From NCBI GenBank assembly GCA_945865325.1, contig CAMBFA010000004.1:114-64113 (forward strand): DNA of 64,000 nt. Direction: 5' to 3'. The stretch is from Candidatus Kuenenia stuttgartensis. Its GTDB lineage: Bacteria > Planctomycetota > Planctomycetia > Pirellulales > UBA1268. Each line of letters begins with the position of its first letter. Positions within the stretch are counted from its first letter, which is position 1. Of this stretch, positions 19,380-29,673 are shown in pieces. Below the pieces are notes generated by a model. It did not search any database. It had not been told where the DNA came from and was given only the letters and a program-made list of their open reading frames with translations. Both the position numbers and the translations under genes were made by a program.

Positions 19380-22300
19380 ATGAAAACGGTCAACCTGAAA
19401 CTCCTGATCATCGTCGCCGTCCTCGTCCTCGGAGGGATAGTCGGCACCTACGCGATCCACGGGTACCAGGTCTACCGCAATGCCCACAACGTTCTCGTTC
19501 TCGCCCGCGAACGCGCCGAGGACGGGCGCTCGGACGAGGCCGTCGGGCTCTATGTGCGCTACATCGGATTGCGGGACGACGACAACCAGGCCCGAGCCGA
19601 GTTCGCCAAACTCATGCTCCGCAAGGTCGGGGCGACGCGCTCTTCGAGGGCCAGCCAGGCCCAGGCCTACGACGCCCTGGAAACAGCGGTACAGCGGAAT
19701 CCCGATGACGACGATCTCCGGGAGCAACTTGCCGGATTCCTTTATCGGCTCGGCAATTTCACCGAAGCGCGGCAGCATTTCGGGCTCATCCGCGACCATC
19801 GCCTGGCCAACCCTTTGCCCGCCACAGCGGCGCCGGCAGCCCCCGCACCAACTTCCGAACCAACTCCCGAACCAGGGGACGAAAGTGCCCCGAAGGCAGC
19901 CACGCCCGATTACCTCATCGATCTGCGTTACGCCACCTCGTGTGCGGGAATGGGGCGTTACGACGAGGCGGCCGAGGTCGCCTCGAAATTGATCGGTTTC
20001 GATATCGGCACGAAGTCGTTCGATACCTCCTGGGAACCGCTTGCTGAATGCTCCGAGGCCTACCTCCTCATGGCCGAGATTCTCGAGCGCCGCTATAGCG
20101 ACACCGCCACCGCCTCGAGGGTCATGCGGCGCCTTCCGGAGGTTTACCCCACCGACCCCAATTCATGGCTTTCGATGGCGACGTGGAGCTTCTTCCACAA
20201 CGATCTCTCGGCGGCGGGGATCGAAATTGCGCGGGCGGCCCAACTGGCGCCCGAATCCCCACAGGTGCTCTTCGCCGAGTTCGAGATCGCGATGCGGACC
20301 AACGACTTCCCGCGGGCGAAGAAGGTAATCGAGGTGGGACTGGCCCCCTACGCCGACGATGCCCGCGTCATTACCGGGCATGCCGATCTGGCGAAGCGCA
20401 TGGCGGAGCCGAACTTGGCGCTCGAGATCCTTGCCAAGGGGGTGGAGACGCTCCCCGACAATCCGGTCATCCTCGGCAGGCTCATCGATCTCCTTTTCGA
20501 TCTCGAACGTGGCGAGGAGGCGATCCCCCATGTCGAAGCGATGCGAGCGCTCGAGGGGGACGACAACCCGGTCGTGGGGTGGGCGGATGCCCGCCTTCTC
20601 ATGGAACGCCGGCAGTGGCACCCGGCCCTGGAGAAACTGAAGCAGCTCCGCCCGAATGTTGCCAGCATCCAGCAACTCAGCCAGGCAGTCGATCTCGCCA
20701 TGGCGATCTGCCACCAGGCGATGGGGCAGTCGGACGAGCTGCTCGAGGCGAGCCGACGCGTGCTCGCCAACGAACCAAACTCGTACCAGGCCCGCGTCGC
20801 GCTGGCGACGGCCCACGCCCAGGCAGGGAGGACCGACGAGGCCTTGGCGGAGTTCGAGTCGCTGGCAGCGCTCCAGTCCGTGGAAGAACTTCCGCGCATG
20901 CAACTGCTCTGGGCCCCCCTGCTTGACCTCCGGGTCAAGGACCAATTGCGTCGCCCCGAAGCGGAACGGAACTGGAAGAAGGTCGATGCGCTCGTTGAAC
21001 TCTTGAGCACCTCGCCTCACATCGGTAATAGCCAACTCGCGTCGATTCAATCGAATGTCCTGCAACGTCGCGGCGACAATTCGGCCGCGGTTGAGGTCGT
21101 GTCCCAGGCCTTCGAGGCTGCTCCGGACGATCCCCAGGTCGCCGCCCAGTTGGTGACCCTGCTCGTCGCCGACACACAGGTCGATCGGGCCCGGGAGACG
21201 ATCGTGCGGATGAACCCGCTGGTCCGTCTGGATCCCCGGGTGCTCGCCGCTGAAGCCCGTACCTCCGCCAGCCTGGGAGGGGAAGAAGGAGAGGCTGGTC
21301 TGGTGGCCGTCGAAGCCACCTGCAAGGAAATCCCCACCAAGGACGCCGTTCTCGTCCTCCTCGCCGTCATGGCGATCCGGATCCAGCAGCAGAACATCCC
21401 CGAGGCCGAGCGGATCGCAGCCGTCATTCTCGAACGGGAGCCGTCGGAGGTTCGAGCCCACGCATCCCTGCTCCAGATCGCGATCGACCAGAAGGATGTG
21501 GCAAAACTCGCCGCCTATGCCGAACAGATCGGCGATTTGACGGGCCGATCCTCGCCACAGTCCCGTGTCGCCCAGGCGATGGTCCTGATTCTGCAGGTCC
21601 AAGTCGCGAGGGACCTCCAACTCGGCGAAGACAAGGTTCCCCCGCCGCTCTCGGCGGAGGATCGGACCGGCCTCGACCAGGCCCGCAACTATCTCTTGGA
21701 AGCGGAGAACGACCGGCCGGGTTGGTTTCAGATCCAGCAGTGCTTCGCGGAGATCGCCGGAATCCGGGGGGACACCAACGCCTCGATCAGCCACCTCCAG
21801 AAAGCGATCGAGCAGGGGGCTACGAACCCCGGAGTTTCACGGATGCTGGCAGGGCTGCTTCGACAGACCGGCCGGCTCGATGAGGCGCGGCAGGTCATCG
21901 ACTCCATGGGGCAGGCCGCAGGGCTGGGCGCGGCACGGATCCGGGCCGATATCGACGTTCAGGCCGGCCGATTCGACGAAGCCGTGGCCCAGGCCGAGGC
22001 GATCACCTTGGAGCAGGGATCGAATGTCGACCATCTCCTCTGGTTTGCTGGCCTGCTACGGCGGTGTGACAAGCAACCCCGCGCTCTAGAAGTCCTCGAG
22101 CAGGCTGCGGAGCTCGCCCCCGACAGGCTCGAGTGCTGGATTGAGACGATCCGACAGCAAATCCTGCTGGGGCAGACGCAACGGGCCGAGGAAACGCTGC
22201 AGCGTGCCATCTCGACGCTCGGCGGCGCCGACGGGGAGATCCTCAACGCGATCACGCACGAGATGCGGAGGGATCCCGTAAAGGCCGAGAAAGCCTACCG

Positions 22301-23786
22301 CAGCGCCACCCTCGCCGCCCCCACCGATCCGCGTGTTGCCCGGCGATTTGCCGAGTTCCTCGTCCGCCGCGGCCAGTTGAAGCCCGCCAAGGAGGAGCTC
22401 CTGCGGATCATCGCCATGCCCGAGGCGGCGGGGACGACGAGCCTCTACTGGGCCCGTCGCAAAATCGCCCAGGAATTCACGAGAAACTCGACGTACCGCG
22501 AGCTCCTCGAGACCCTCCAGATCCTCGAGCAGAACACGGACGCCGAGGGAAATTTGACTCCGGAAGATCTGAAGATCGAGTTTGCCATTCTCATGGAACG
22601 GGAGGAACCGAAGTGCTGGAGACGGGCGATCTCCCTCCTCGATGACTTGAAGCGGCGGAGTGACCTCGACACCGAGCAGCGGGTGCTGCGGGCTTGGCTG
22701 CAGGACAAACTCGGAAACTGGCTGGATTCGCGCGAATCTTTGTTTGATATCGCGGCCGAGCCCGATTGCCCCCCGGCCGTGATCGCAACGCTTGTCGAAC
22801 AACTCATCGCCCATGGAGAGCTCGCCTCGGCCCGGACTTGGGCCAACCGCCTCCGGCAGAACGCCCCCGACGCGGTGATGACGGTACGACTCGACGCCAA
22901 ACTCGCGATCGCAGCCAACGATCGTGAGGCGGCCGCCGACGCTGCAAGAAAGCTCATTCCCAACGGGAACCTGTCGCCCGAAAACGTTTCCTCCATGGGC
23001 ATGGTTGCGCAGTTGGTGGAAGAGCTCGGTTTCCCGAAGGCGGCCGACAAGCTCTACAAGGAGTATGCCGATGTCTCTGCCGTGGGAATCCTGGAGCGGG
23101 CCTCGTTTCTCGGGCGACAACAGCGCACCGACGAGGCCGTGGAGCTTCTCGAGACCGCGTGGGATAACGTTCCGATCCTCGACATTCTCGGGACCGGCCT
23201 CGGTATCCTCGAAGCCAATGGAACCTCCCCGTCCGCGGCTGCCGATCAACGCGTTATCGAGATGGTCGCCAAGGCCCGCCGACTCGATCCGGATTCAGCC
23301 ATGATCCAGATCCTTCAGGGGGCTTTGATGGAATTGATCGGAAAACCGGAGGAGTCGATCGCGACCTACCGGCAGCTCCTCGCCAGTCCCGATCTCCCGC
23401 CGTCCATCGCGGCACGGGCGTCGAACAATCTTGCGGCGGTTCTGATCGGCCGGAAGGAGACCGATGAGGCACGGAAGCTGATCCAATCAGCCGTCGTCGA
23501 GCTCGGCCCGCACCCGACGCTCCTCGACACCCAAGCGCTCGTCTGGCTCGCGCGGGGGGACACCACGCAGGCCATGATGGACCTGAAGGAAGCGATACTG
23601 GCCCCCACCGCCACGACCTATCTCCACATGGCCGTGGCCGCCTACGATGCCCGGATGACGTCGGAGTGCCGCGCAGCCCTGATCAACGCCGAGTCGGAGG
23701 GGCTGCGGAAGGAACGTCTGAATGCCGATGACCAAGAGCGGCTTGCCGCCCTCGACAAGGCCCTCGCGGAACAGATCGACCGCTGA
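19380..23786 (+). CDS. very large membrane-anchored TPR-repeat protein
   Basis: Start MKTVNLKLLIIVAVLVLGGIVGTYAI at 19380 (single N-terminal TM) inside ORF 19173..23786. It is followed by ~1400 aa of recurring TPR-like Ala/Leu/Tyr helical hairpins (e.g. AYLLMAEILERRYSD, NSYQARVALATAHAQAGRTDEAL). Confidence 0.85.
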   Translation: MKTVNLKLLIIVAVLVLGGIVGTYAIHGYQVYRNAHNVLVLARERAEDGRSDEAVGLYVRYIGLRDDDNQARAEFAKLMLRKVGATRSSRASQAQAYDALETAVQRNPDDDDLREQLAGFLYRLGNFTEARQHFGLIRDHRLANPLPATAAPAAPAPTSEPTPEPGDESAPKAATPDYLIDLRYATSCAGMGRYDEAAEVASKLIGFDIGTKSFDTSWEPLAECSEAYLLMAEILERRYSDTATASRVMRRLPEVYPTDPNSWLSMATWSFFHNDLSAAGIEIARAAQLAPESPQVLFAEFEIAMRTNDFPRAKKVIEVGLAPYADDARVITGHADLAKRMAEPNLALEILAKGVETLPDNPVILGRLIDLLFDLERGEEAIPHVEAMRALEGDDNPVVGWADARLLMERRQWHPALEKLKQLRPNVASIQQLSQAVDLAMAICHQAMGQSDELLEASRRVLANEPNSYQARVALATAHAQAGRTDEALAEFESLAALQSVEELPRMQLLWAPLLDLRVKDQLRRPEAERNWKKVDALVELLSTSPHIGNSQLASIQSNVLQRRGDNSAAVEVVSQAFEAAPDDPQVAAQLVTLLVADTQVDRARETIVRMNPLVRLDPRVLAAEARTSASLGGEEGEAGLVAVEATCKEIPTKDAVLVLLAVMAIRIQQQNIPEAERIAAVILEREPSEVRAHASLLQIAIDQKDVAKLAAYAEQIGDLTGRSSPQSRVAQAMVLILQVQVARDLQLGEDKVPPPLSAEDRTGLDQARNYLLEAENDRPGWFQIQQCFAEIAGIRGDTNASISHLQKAIEQGATNPGVSRMLAGLLRQTGRLDEARQVIDSMGQAAGLGAARIRADIDVQAGRFDEAVAQAEAITLEQGSNVDHLLWFAGLLRRCDKQPRALEVLEQAAELAPDRLECWIETIRQQILLGQTQRAEETLQRAISTLGGADGEILNAITHEMRRDPVKAEKAYRSATLAAPTDPRVARRFAEFLVRRGQLKPAKEELLRIIAMPEAAGTTSLYWARRKIAQEFTRNSTYRELLETLQILEQNTDAEGNLTPEDLKIEFAILMEREEPKCWRRAISLLDDLKRRSDLDTEQRVLRAWLQDKLGNWLDSRESLFDIAAEPDCPPAVIATLVEQLIAHGELASARTWANRLRQNAPDAVMTVRLDAKLAIAANDREAAADAARKLIPNGNLSPENVSSMGMVAQLVEELGFPKAADKLYKEYADVSAVGILERASFLGRQQRTDEAVELLETAWDNVPILDILGTGLGILEANGTSPSAAADQRVIEMVAKARRLDPDSAMIQILQGALMELIGKPEESIATYRQLLASPDLPPSIAARASNNLAAVLIGRKETDEARKLIQSAVVELGPHPTLLDTQALVWLARGDTTQAMMDLKEAILAPTATTYLHMAVAAYDARMTSECRAALINAESEGLRKERLNADDQERLAALDKALAEQIDR

Positions 23787-23899
23787 TTGAGTTGAGGCCC
23801 GCGTCCGGGCCCGAACAGCGGAGCCGGATCGAGGTAAGCCTCCGGGCGATTGGTTGTGCGCAGAGGGTCGGCCCGGCCTGTCGGACCAGCCGACCTCCC

Positions 23900-24214
23900 T
23901 CAACCGCCCTGCATCGCTCGCGATCGTGCCAGTGCATCCTCGGCTTCGGTGATCTTGCCGCCGCGCATGCACGCCACGCTCAACGCCGTGTAGCTGAATG
24001 GATCTTTGGGTTCGAGCTCACAGACTCGGCGGGCATGCCTGACGGCATCTTCGTGGCGATCAAGACGCGTGCACCACGCCGCCAAGGCGGAATAGGCCAG
24101 GGCGAAATCGGGATGGTCAGCGACGACCGTCTCGAGTTCTGCCACAGCCTCCGCCAATCGCCCCGCAGCCTTTGTGGCATGGGCAGCGTCGTACCGTTCG
24201 TCGCGGGTTGCCAT
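23900..24214 (-). CDS. small TPR-repeat protein
   Basis: Start MATRDERYDAAHATKAAGRLAEAVAELETVVADHPDFALAYSALAAWC at 24214 inside ORF 23900..24646. 104 aa, about 2-3 TPR units. Confidence 0.65.
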   Translation of the reverse strand: MATRDERYDAAHATKAAGRLAEAVAELETVVADHPDFALAYSALAAWCTRLDRHEDAVRHARRVCELEPKDPFSYTALSVACMRGGKITEAEDALARSRAMQGG

Positions 24215-24693
24215 CGACCAATCCTCCTCAAGTCGCCCGATCCCTGCGTTCTGCCCAACCCCCCGGCGGGCTTCCGAGCCGGGGCGAGCGGAAAGACGTC
24301 CAGTGTACCGAAACGCGAAAGGACCGGCCCGGATCGTTGTCCCACCCGGACGTCGAAGCGCGGGAGGGACCAGAAAAACCGCGGTGGGATGACCGGATGA
24401 CGGACGACGGGATGACGGTGAGCCCGCAGCGGACTGGCTGCCCCCGGCGAACCAGGTACTTGCGGCGAAACGGATCGTCGGGGGAACCTGGAAAGATTGG
24501 GAAGTGGCTGTTCGCCGATCGCAAATGCCATTGAATCCTCGCAGCCGGGAAGACGATAACCCTGCGGTTCCATTCCGGACTCTTGGCAAGCCGCAGTCGA
24601 TCAAAGCGGGCAGCCGAGTCACTGAACCGCCAACGGGATCGGGCACTGCGCTCGGTCGATCCTGGCATCACGTCCCGATCTGGAAGGCACGCT

Positions 24694-25551
24694 GTGAGCA
24701 TTCATCCGTTGGCAGCTGTGAGTCCCGAGGCCCGGCTCGGACTGGGCGTGAAGATCGGAGCCTTCGCTTCGGTGGAGGCCGATGTCGAATTGGGCGACCA
24801 CTGCGCGGTCGCCTCCGGCGCCGTGATCAAGTCCGGCGTGACCGCCGGATCCCACAACGAAATCTGCGAACATGCCGTCATCGGTGGCGCGCCGCAACAC
24901 GTCGCGCGGCCGGCGGACGTGGGGCGCGTGATCATCGGCGACCACAACGTCTTCCGCGAGCACGTCACCGTTCACCGCGGTCTCAAGCCGGGATGCGACA
25001 CGGTCGTCGGCAGCAGCAATTACGTCATGGCCGGGGCCCACTTCGGCCACGACTCCGTCGTCGGCAACAGTTGCATCTTCGCCAACGGCAGCATGCTCGG
25101 CGGACACGTCCAGATCGAGGACAAAGCCTTCGTTTCCGGCGCCGTGGCGGTCCACCAATTCTGCCGGATCGGTCACCTGGCGATGGTCGGTGGTCATGCG
25201 CGGGTCACCCAGGACATCCCCCCCTACATGCTCGTCGACGGCCAGAGCGGCTGCATCGTGGGCCTCAACGTGGTCGGACTGCGGCGCAGCGGCCATACGG
25301 CCGAGGACATCGCCGACCTGAAGAACGCCTACCGAATCATCTATCGGCGCGGTCTTTCCTGGCAGGAGGTGCTGGAGACGTTGCGGACGGAGTTCCGGGC
25401 GGGGCCGGTGCTCCACGTGCGGGACTTCCTCGGATCGGGCAAGCGGGGCTTCACGCAGGAGCGCCGCGCCCCTCCCAACGCGACGCTCCGCCTTCGCGTT
25501 GCCGACGACGCCCCGGCCGTCGCTGCGACCCTTCGGGCAAAGGCTGGTTGA
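24694..25551 (+). CDS. lpxA: acyl-ACP--UDP-N-acetylglucosamine O-acyltransferase
   Basis: GTG start at 24694 gives (M)SIHPLAAVSPEARLGLGVKIGAFASVEADVELGDHC. This is the left-handed beta-helix hexapeptide pattern. It is followed by HRG....T.VG..N..M..AH..HD and the C-terminal helical domain (DIADLKNAYRIIYR). Confidence 0.88.
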   Translation: MSIHPLAAVSPEARLGLGVKIGAFASVEADVELGDHCAVASGAVIKSGVTAGSHNEICEHAVIGGAPQHVARPADVGRVIIGDHNVFREHVTVHRGLKPGCDTVVGSSNYVMAGAHFGHDSVVGNSCIFANGSMLGGHVQIEDKAFVSGAVAVHQFCRIGHLAMVGGHARVTQDIPPYMLVDGQSGCIVGLNVVGLRRSGHTAEDIADLKNAYRIIYRRGLSWQEVLETLRTEFRAGPVLHVRDFLGSGKRGFTQERRAPPNATLRLRVADDAPAVAATLRAKAG

Positions 25552-25805
25552 GACGGGGAATCGGCGAGAGCCGCGCGGAGGGGGTCTCGGGCCGAGGCTG
25601 GGAAAAAGCCCCCTGGCGGGCGCCCGACCGCTTCTTCATGGCCGCGCCGCGGCCAACCACCACCTGGGAATCCCGATTTTTCCCAGGTAAATCGACGATT
25701 TCACGGAATTCGTCGCCCCCTGGTCGCGTGACCTGAAAAGATGGGCAAAGATTAACGGAAGCGGAAAGTCTCCGTTGCCAATCCCCGCACGCGCGCACGG
25801 CCACT

Positions 25806-27149
25806 ATGTCCCGACGGCTGACCGCTCCAGCGACCGCCCCGATCGGTGCTTCCACGCTTCCTTCCCCACGGTTCGGCCACTGGCCCTGGATCCTGGGAGC
25901 GATCCTGTTGACGGCCTTCTGCGGATGGTGGGTGAGCCAGACGCTCGGCGAAAAGGAGCCGATCATCGTAGGGATCCTCCACGCGCGGTCCGGCCCGACC
26001 GCCCCCCAGGAACGATTGCTCATCGACGCCGAGGTGCTGGCGCTCGAGGAGATCAATCGCACCGGCGGCCTGCTGGGACGCAGGGTGAGCTGGGTGATCG
26101 CGGACGGTGGCAACGACGGCACATCCTTCGCGCGGCAGGCTGAACGCCTCATCGGGGTCGACCGCGCGGACGTCCTTATCGGCTGTTGGTCGGCAACGAG
26201 TCGGCGGGCCGTGGTGACGGTCGTGGAAGCGAACGATCACCTCCTCGTTCATCCCAGCCGCCACGAGGGATTCGAGGAGTCGCCGAACGTGGTCTCGATG
26301 GGACCACTCCCGAACCAGCAGATCGCACCGGCCGTGGCGTGGTGCAGGGAGACCATGTCGGCTCGCCGGATCTTCATGGTCGGGACGGACGATCCCTGGG
26401 CGAGATCCGCCGGCGCGTTTCTCGGCGACCAACTGGCGGGGATCAACGCCTCGATCGTGGGAGAGGAGTACCTCCCATTGGGCAGCATCGACGTCGCCCC
26501 GACCATCGAAGCGATCATCACCTCGAACCCCGACGTGGTGTTTAGCCTGCTCGCGGGGGAGTCGGCCGCGGCGTTGCTGCGCCAACTCCGTGAGGCCGGG
26601 GTGCGCCCGGCCGATCTGCCGGTGATGATCTTCTCCGTCAGCGACGACGAACTGCGCAGCATGCCGCCGGATGATGTGACCGGAAACTACGTCGTTGCTG
26701 GCTATTTCCCCGGGAACGAACGGACAGCCGACCAGACGTTCGTCCCGGCATTCCGCACGCGGTATGGCAACGATCGCCCGACATCAGAACAGGCGATGGC
26801 CGCCGATGGCGCCGTTCGGCTCTGGGCAGAAGCGGTGAGGGAAGCAGGCACCGCCGATGTGGCGATTGTCCGTTCGACGATCCGGCACCAGACCCTCCCG
26901 AGCCCGGAGGGGGTGATCGCCGTCGATCCGGAGAACCGCCATGCCTGGCGGAATCTCTCGGTGGGTCGGATCCGCCCAGACGGGCAGATCGATACGCTCT
27001 GGTCGACACGGGGGCCGACCCGCCCGACCCCGTTCCCAGCGACCCGTTCGCGCCCCGAATGGGGGCGATTCATCGCATCGCTCCAAAGAGAGAAGGCCCT
27101 CCGCCGAACGGCCGAACCCTCCGCACCCCGGCCGGGGATCGCCCCATGA
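25806..27149 (+). CDS. membrane-anchored type-1 periplasmic binding protein, AmiC/UrtA (amide/urea-binding)-like
   Basis: 447 aa with an N-terminal TM helix (WPWILGAILLTAFCGWWV). Then IIVGILHARSGPTAPQERLLIDAEVLALEEINRTGGLLGRRV, the hallmark N-terminal pattern of AmiC/UrtA-family PBPs. Its stop TGA (27147-27149) overlaps the ATG of the next gene (27146). Confidence 0.75.
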   Translation: MSRRLTAPATAPIGASTLPSPRFGHWPWILGAILLTAFCGWWVSQTLGEKEPIIVGILHARSGPTAPQERLLIDAEVLALEEINRTGGLLGRRVSWVIADGGNDGTSFARQAERLIGVDRADVLIGCWSATSRRAVVTVVEANDHLLVHPSRHEGFEESPNVVSMGPLPNQQIAPAVAWCRETMSARRIFMVGTDDPWARSAGAFLGDQLAGINASIVGEEYLPLGSIDVAPTIEAIITSNPDVVFSLLAGESAAALLRQLREAGVRPADLPVMIFSVSDDELRSMPPDDVTGNYVVAGYFPGNERTADQTFVPAFRTRYGNDRPTSEQAMAADGAVRLWAEAVREAGTADVAIVRSTIRHQTLPSPEGVIAVDPENRHAWRNLSVGRIRPDGQIDTLWSTRGPTRPTPFPATRSRPEWGRFIASLQREKALRRTAEPSAPRPGIAP

Positions 27150-29143
27150 GCTCCGTGCGCCCCCCGCGGATCGAGAGCACGACGAAGCGTTCGATCGTCG
27201 GCCGACTGCTCTTCTGGTTCCTGATCATCGCCTTGGTGCCCTGCGCGATCCTCACCGCGACGACGGCCCGCCTGGCCACCCGCACGATGGAGGATTCAGT
27301 CCACGCCAATCTCGCCCGGATCGCGGCGACCAAGGCGGCGGAGCTCGAGAGCGATGCCGCCGGCCGGATCCGCGATGTCACGGCTCTCTGCCAATCCCCG
27401 GATCTCATCCGGGCCCTCCGCCCGCAGGACGCCGGTGACAGCGGAGCGACCAGCGGCACCGGCTACCTCGACGCACTCGCCTCGTCGATGGCCTTCTCCC
27501 GTGCCATCCTCATCGACGCCGACGGGCGGATCATCCACTCCGCCGACGACCTGCTGCCGATCGGCGCCTCACTGGTGACCGGGGGATTGGCCACGTCGGA
27601 GCTGGCTTCCGGATTCACCCGTGCCCGATCGCTCCTTCAGGCCGATCTGACGGGGTTCCAAACCTACGGCTCGTTGCAGCGCCCCCTGGCTTTCGCCGTC
27701 GGGCCGATTCTCGACGGCGGACGCCTGGTGGGGGCCCTAGCCCTCGGGTTCGGAACCGATCGGATCTACTCGGCACTCGATGACTTCGCCGGACTCGGAA
27801 AGACCGGGGAGATCATCGTGGGGCTGCGGATCGGCGACGACATGCTCGTCACGGCTCCCATCCGGCAAGCCCCCGATGCGGCCTTCCGGATGAGGATCCC
27901 CGTCACGGCCGAGCGGGGAACGGCCCTCCCCGCCGCGGCCGCTGGCGAACGGGGCCAGGGGGTGATCACCGACTACCGCGGTCATCGGGTCGTTGCCGCC
28001 TGGTGTCACCTCCCCAGCTATCGGTGGGGCATGACCGTCAAACAGGATGCCAGCGAGGCCTTCGCGCTCGCCGATTTCCAGCGGACCCTCGTCATCGGTC
28101 TCTCGATCGCCACGATCGCCGGTGTGACGCTCGCCGCGTTCGTCGTCGCAAGAACGATTTCGACCCCGATCCGCACCGCGGTCCACATCGCCCGGCAGGT
28201 TGCCGCCGGCGACCTCCGCGGCCAAATCGCCGTTCACTCCGACGACGAGACCGGTGCCCTGTTGACGGCTATCCAGACGATGACCAACGATCTGCGGGGC
28301 CTCATCGGCCGGATCCAGAAGTCTTCGGTCGCCCTGATCTCAACGGCCACGGCGATGCAGGCCACCAGCGCCGAGCAGCAGCAGGTGATCGCCGACTACG
28401 GTGCGTCGACGAGCCAGGCGGTGGCGGCCGTCAAGCAAATCACCGTCACCAGCCATGAACTGGTGCGGACGATGACGGAAGTCAACGACATGGCCGCGCA
28501 CACCGGGGAAATGGCCGCCGGCGGCCGGGTGAATCTCGCGAGCATGGACGGCACGATGCGGCAGCTCGCCGACAGCACGACTTCCTTCAGCACGAAACTC
28601 TCCGTCATCAGCGAGCGTGCCGTAAACATCAACCTCGCGGTGACCACGATCGCGAAGGTGGCGGACCAGACAAACCTGCTCTCGATCAACGCCGCCATCG
28701 AGGCCGAAAAGGCCGGCGAGTACGGTCTCGGCTTCCTTGTCGTCGCCCGGGAGATCCGCCGCCTGGCGGACCAAACGGCCGTGGCGTCGCTGGACATCGA
28801 ACGGATGGTCAAGGAGATGCAGAATGCCGTGTCGGCCGGCGTCATGGAGATGGACAAGTTCAGCGAGCAGGTGCGGGGGGGCGTAAGCGAGATCGGCGAA
28901 ATATCGGCACGGCTCGGCGACATCATCTCGGCCGTGCAAGGGATCTCTGGACGTTTCGGCCAGGTCACGGAGGGCATGAGGGCGCAGTCCCAGGGCGCCG
29001 AACAGATCCGCGAGGCGATGGTCCGGCTGGCCGAGGGCGCGGCGCGGACGGCCGAGTCGCTCAACGATTTCAACGGTGCCACGGTTCACCTCCGCGAGGC
29101 GGTCGGTGACCTCAAGGAAGAGGTGTCCCGGTTCACGATCTGA
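27146..29143 (+). CDS. methyl-accepting chemotaxis protein (TM - Cache-like periplasmic domain - TM - HAMP - MA), WspA-position
   Basis: Start MSSVRPPRIESTTKRSIVGRLLFWFLIIALVPCAIL at 27146. Periplasmic segment with Cache-like strands (ILIDADGRIIHSA, ITDYRGHRVVAAWCHLPSYRWGMTVKQD). HAMP (PIRTAVHIARQVAAGDL...ETGALLTAIQTMTNDL). Signalling hairpin ADQTNLLSINAAIEAEKAGEYGLGFLVVAREIRRLADQT. Confidence 0.9.
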   Translation: MSSVRPPRIESTTKRSIVGRLLFWFLIIALVPCAILTATTARLATRTMEDSVHANLARIAATKAAELESDAAGRIRDVTALCQSPDLIRALRPQDAGDSGATSGTGYLDALASSMAFSRAILIDADGRIIHSADDLLPIGASLVTGGLATSELASGFTRARSLLQADLTGFQTYGSLQRPLAFAVGPILDGGRLVGALALGFGTDRIYSALDDFAGLGKTGEIIVGLRIGDDMLVTAPIRQAPDAAFRMRIPVTAERGTALPAAAAGERGQGVITDYRGHRVVAAWCHLPSYRWGMTVKQDASEAFALADFQRTLVIGLSIATIAGVTLAAFVVARTISTPIRTAVHIARQVAAGDLRGQIAVHSDDETGALLTAIQTMTNDLRGLIGRIQKSSVALISTATAMQATSAEQQQVIADYGASTSQAVAAVKQITVTSHELVRTMTEVNDMAAHTGEMAAGGRVNLASMDGTMRQLADSTTSFSTKLSVISERAVNINLAVTTIAKVADQTNLLSINAAIEAEKAGEYGLGFLVVAREIRRLADQTAVASLDIERMVKEMQNAVSAGVMEMDKFSEQVRGGVSEIGEISARLGDIISAVQGISGRFGQVTEGMRAQSQGAEQIREAMVRLAEGAARTAESLNDFNGATVHLREAVGDLKEEVSRFTI

Positions 29144-29181
29144 TCGCTTTCCCTCATCCGCGGTCACCGGGCTTCGACGCC

Positions 29182-29673
29182 ATGCAACTCCTCACCTTCA
29201 CCGCCGGTGGACAGACCTACGCCATCGAGGCCAGAAGTGTCGTCGAGGTCCTCCCGGCGGTGCCTGTCCGCGCGGTCCCCAGACTGCCCGATTACGTCCT
29301 CGGGGTCGTCGGATACAGGGGGAGGTTGATTCCGGTGATCGACTTGGCCAAGCGGCTCACCGACGAGTTCTCGGCCCGCCGGTTGAGCACCCGATTGCTG
29401 ATCGTCGAAATCCCGAAGCGGGAGCCGACTGAGAGCCCCACTCCGCCGTCGACGGCCCGCCTGGGGATCGTGGCGGAGAACATGGTCTCGACGCTCCGTT
29501 CGGAGGACGTCGATACGCTGTTCCCGGCGATGTGCCTGGAAAGTTCCCCATACTTGGGGAGAATCGTCCGATTGAACGGGCAGACCGTCCACATGCTCGT
29601 CGTCGAAAATCTCCTTCCGGCAGACCTCGCCTCGGGTCTGTTCGCGGCCACACCGGAGCCGCCGTCGCCATGA
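29182..29673 (+). CDS. cheW: CheW-like coupling protein (WspB-position)
   Basis: 163 aa. MQLLTFTAGGQTYAIEARSVVEVLPAVPVRAVPRLPDYVLGVVGYRGRLIPVIDL is the canonical CheW fold signature. Confidence 0.88.
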   Translation: MQLLTFTAGGQTYAIEARSVVEVLPAVPVRAVPRLPDYVLGVVGYRGRLIPVIDLAKRLTDEFSARRLSTRLLIVEIPKREPTESPTPPSTARLGIVAENMVSTLRSEDVDTLFPAMCLESSPYLGRIVRLNGQTVHMLVVENLLPADLASGLFAATPEPPSP

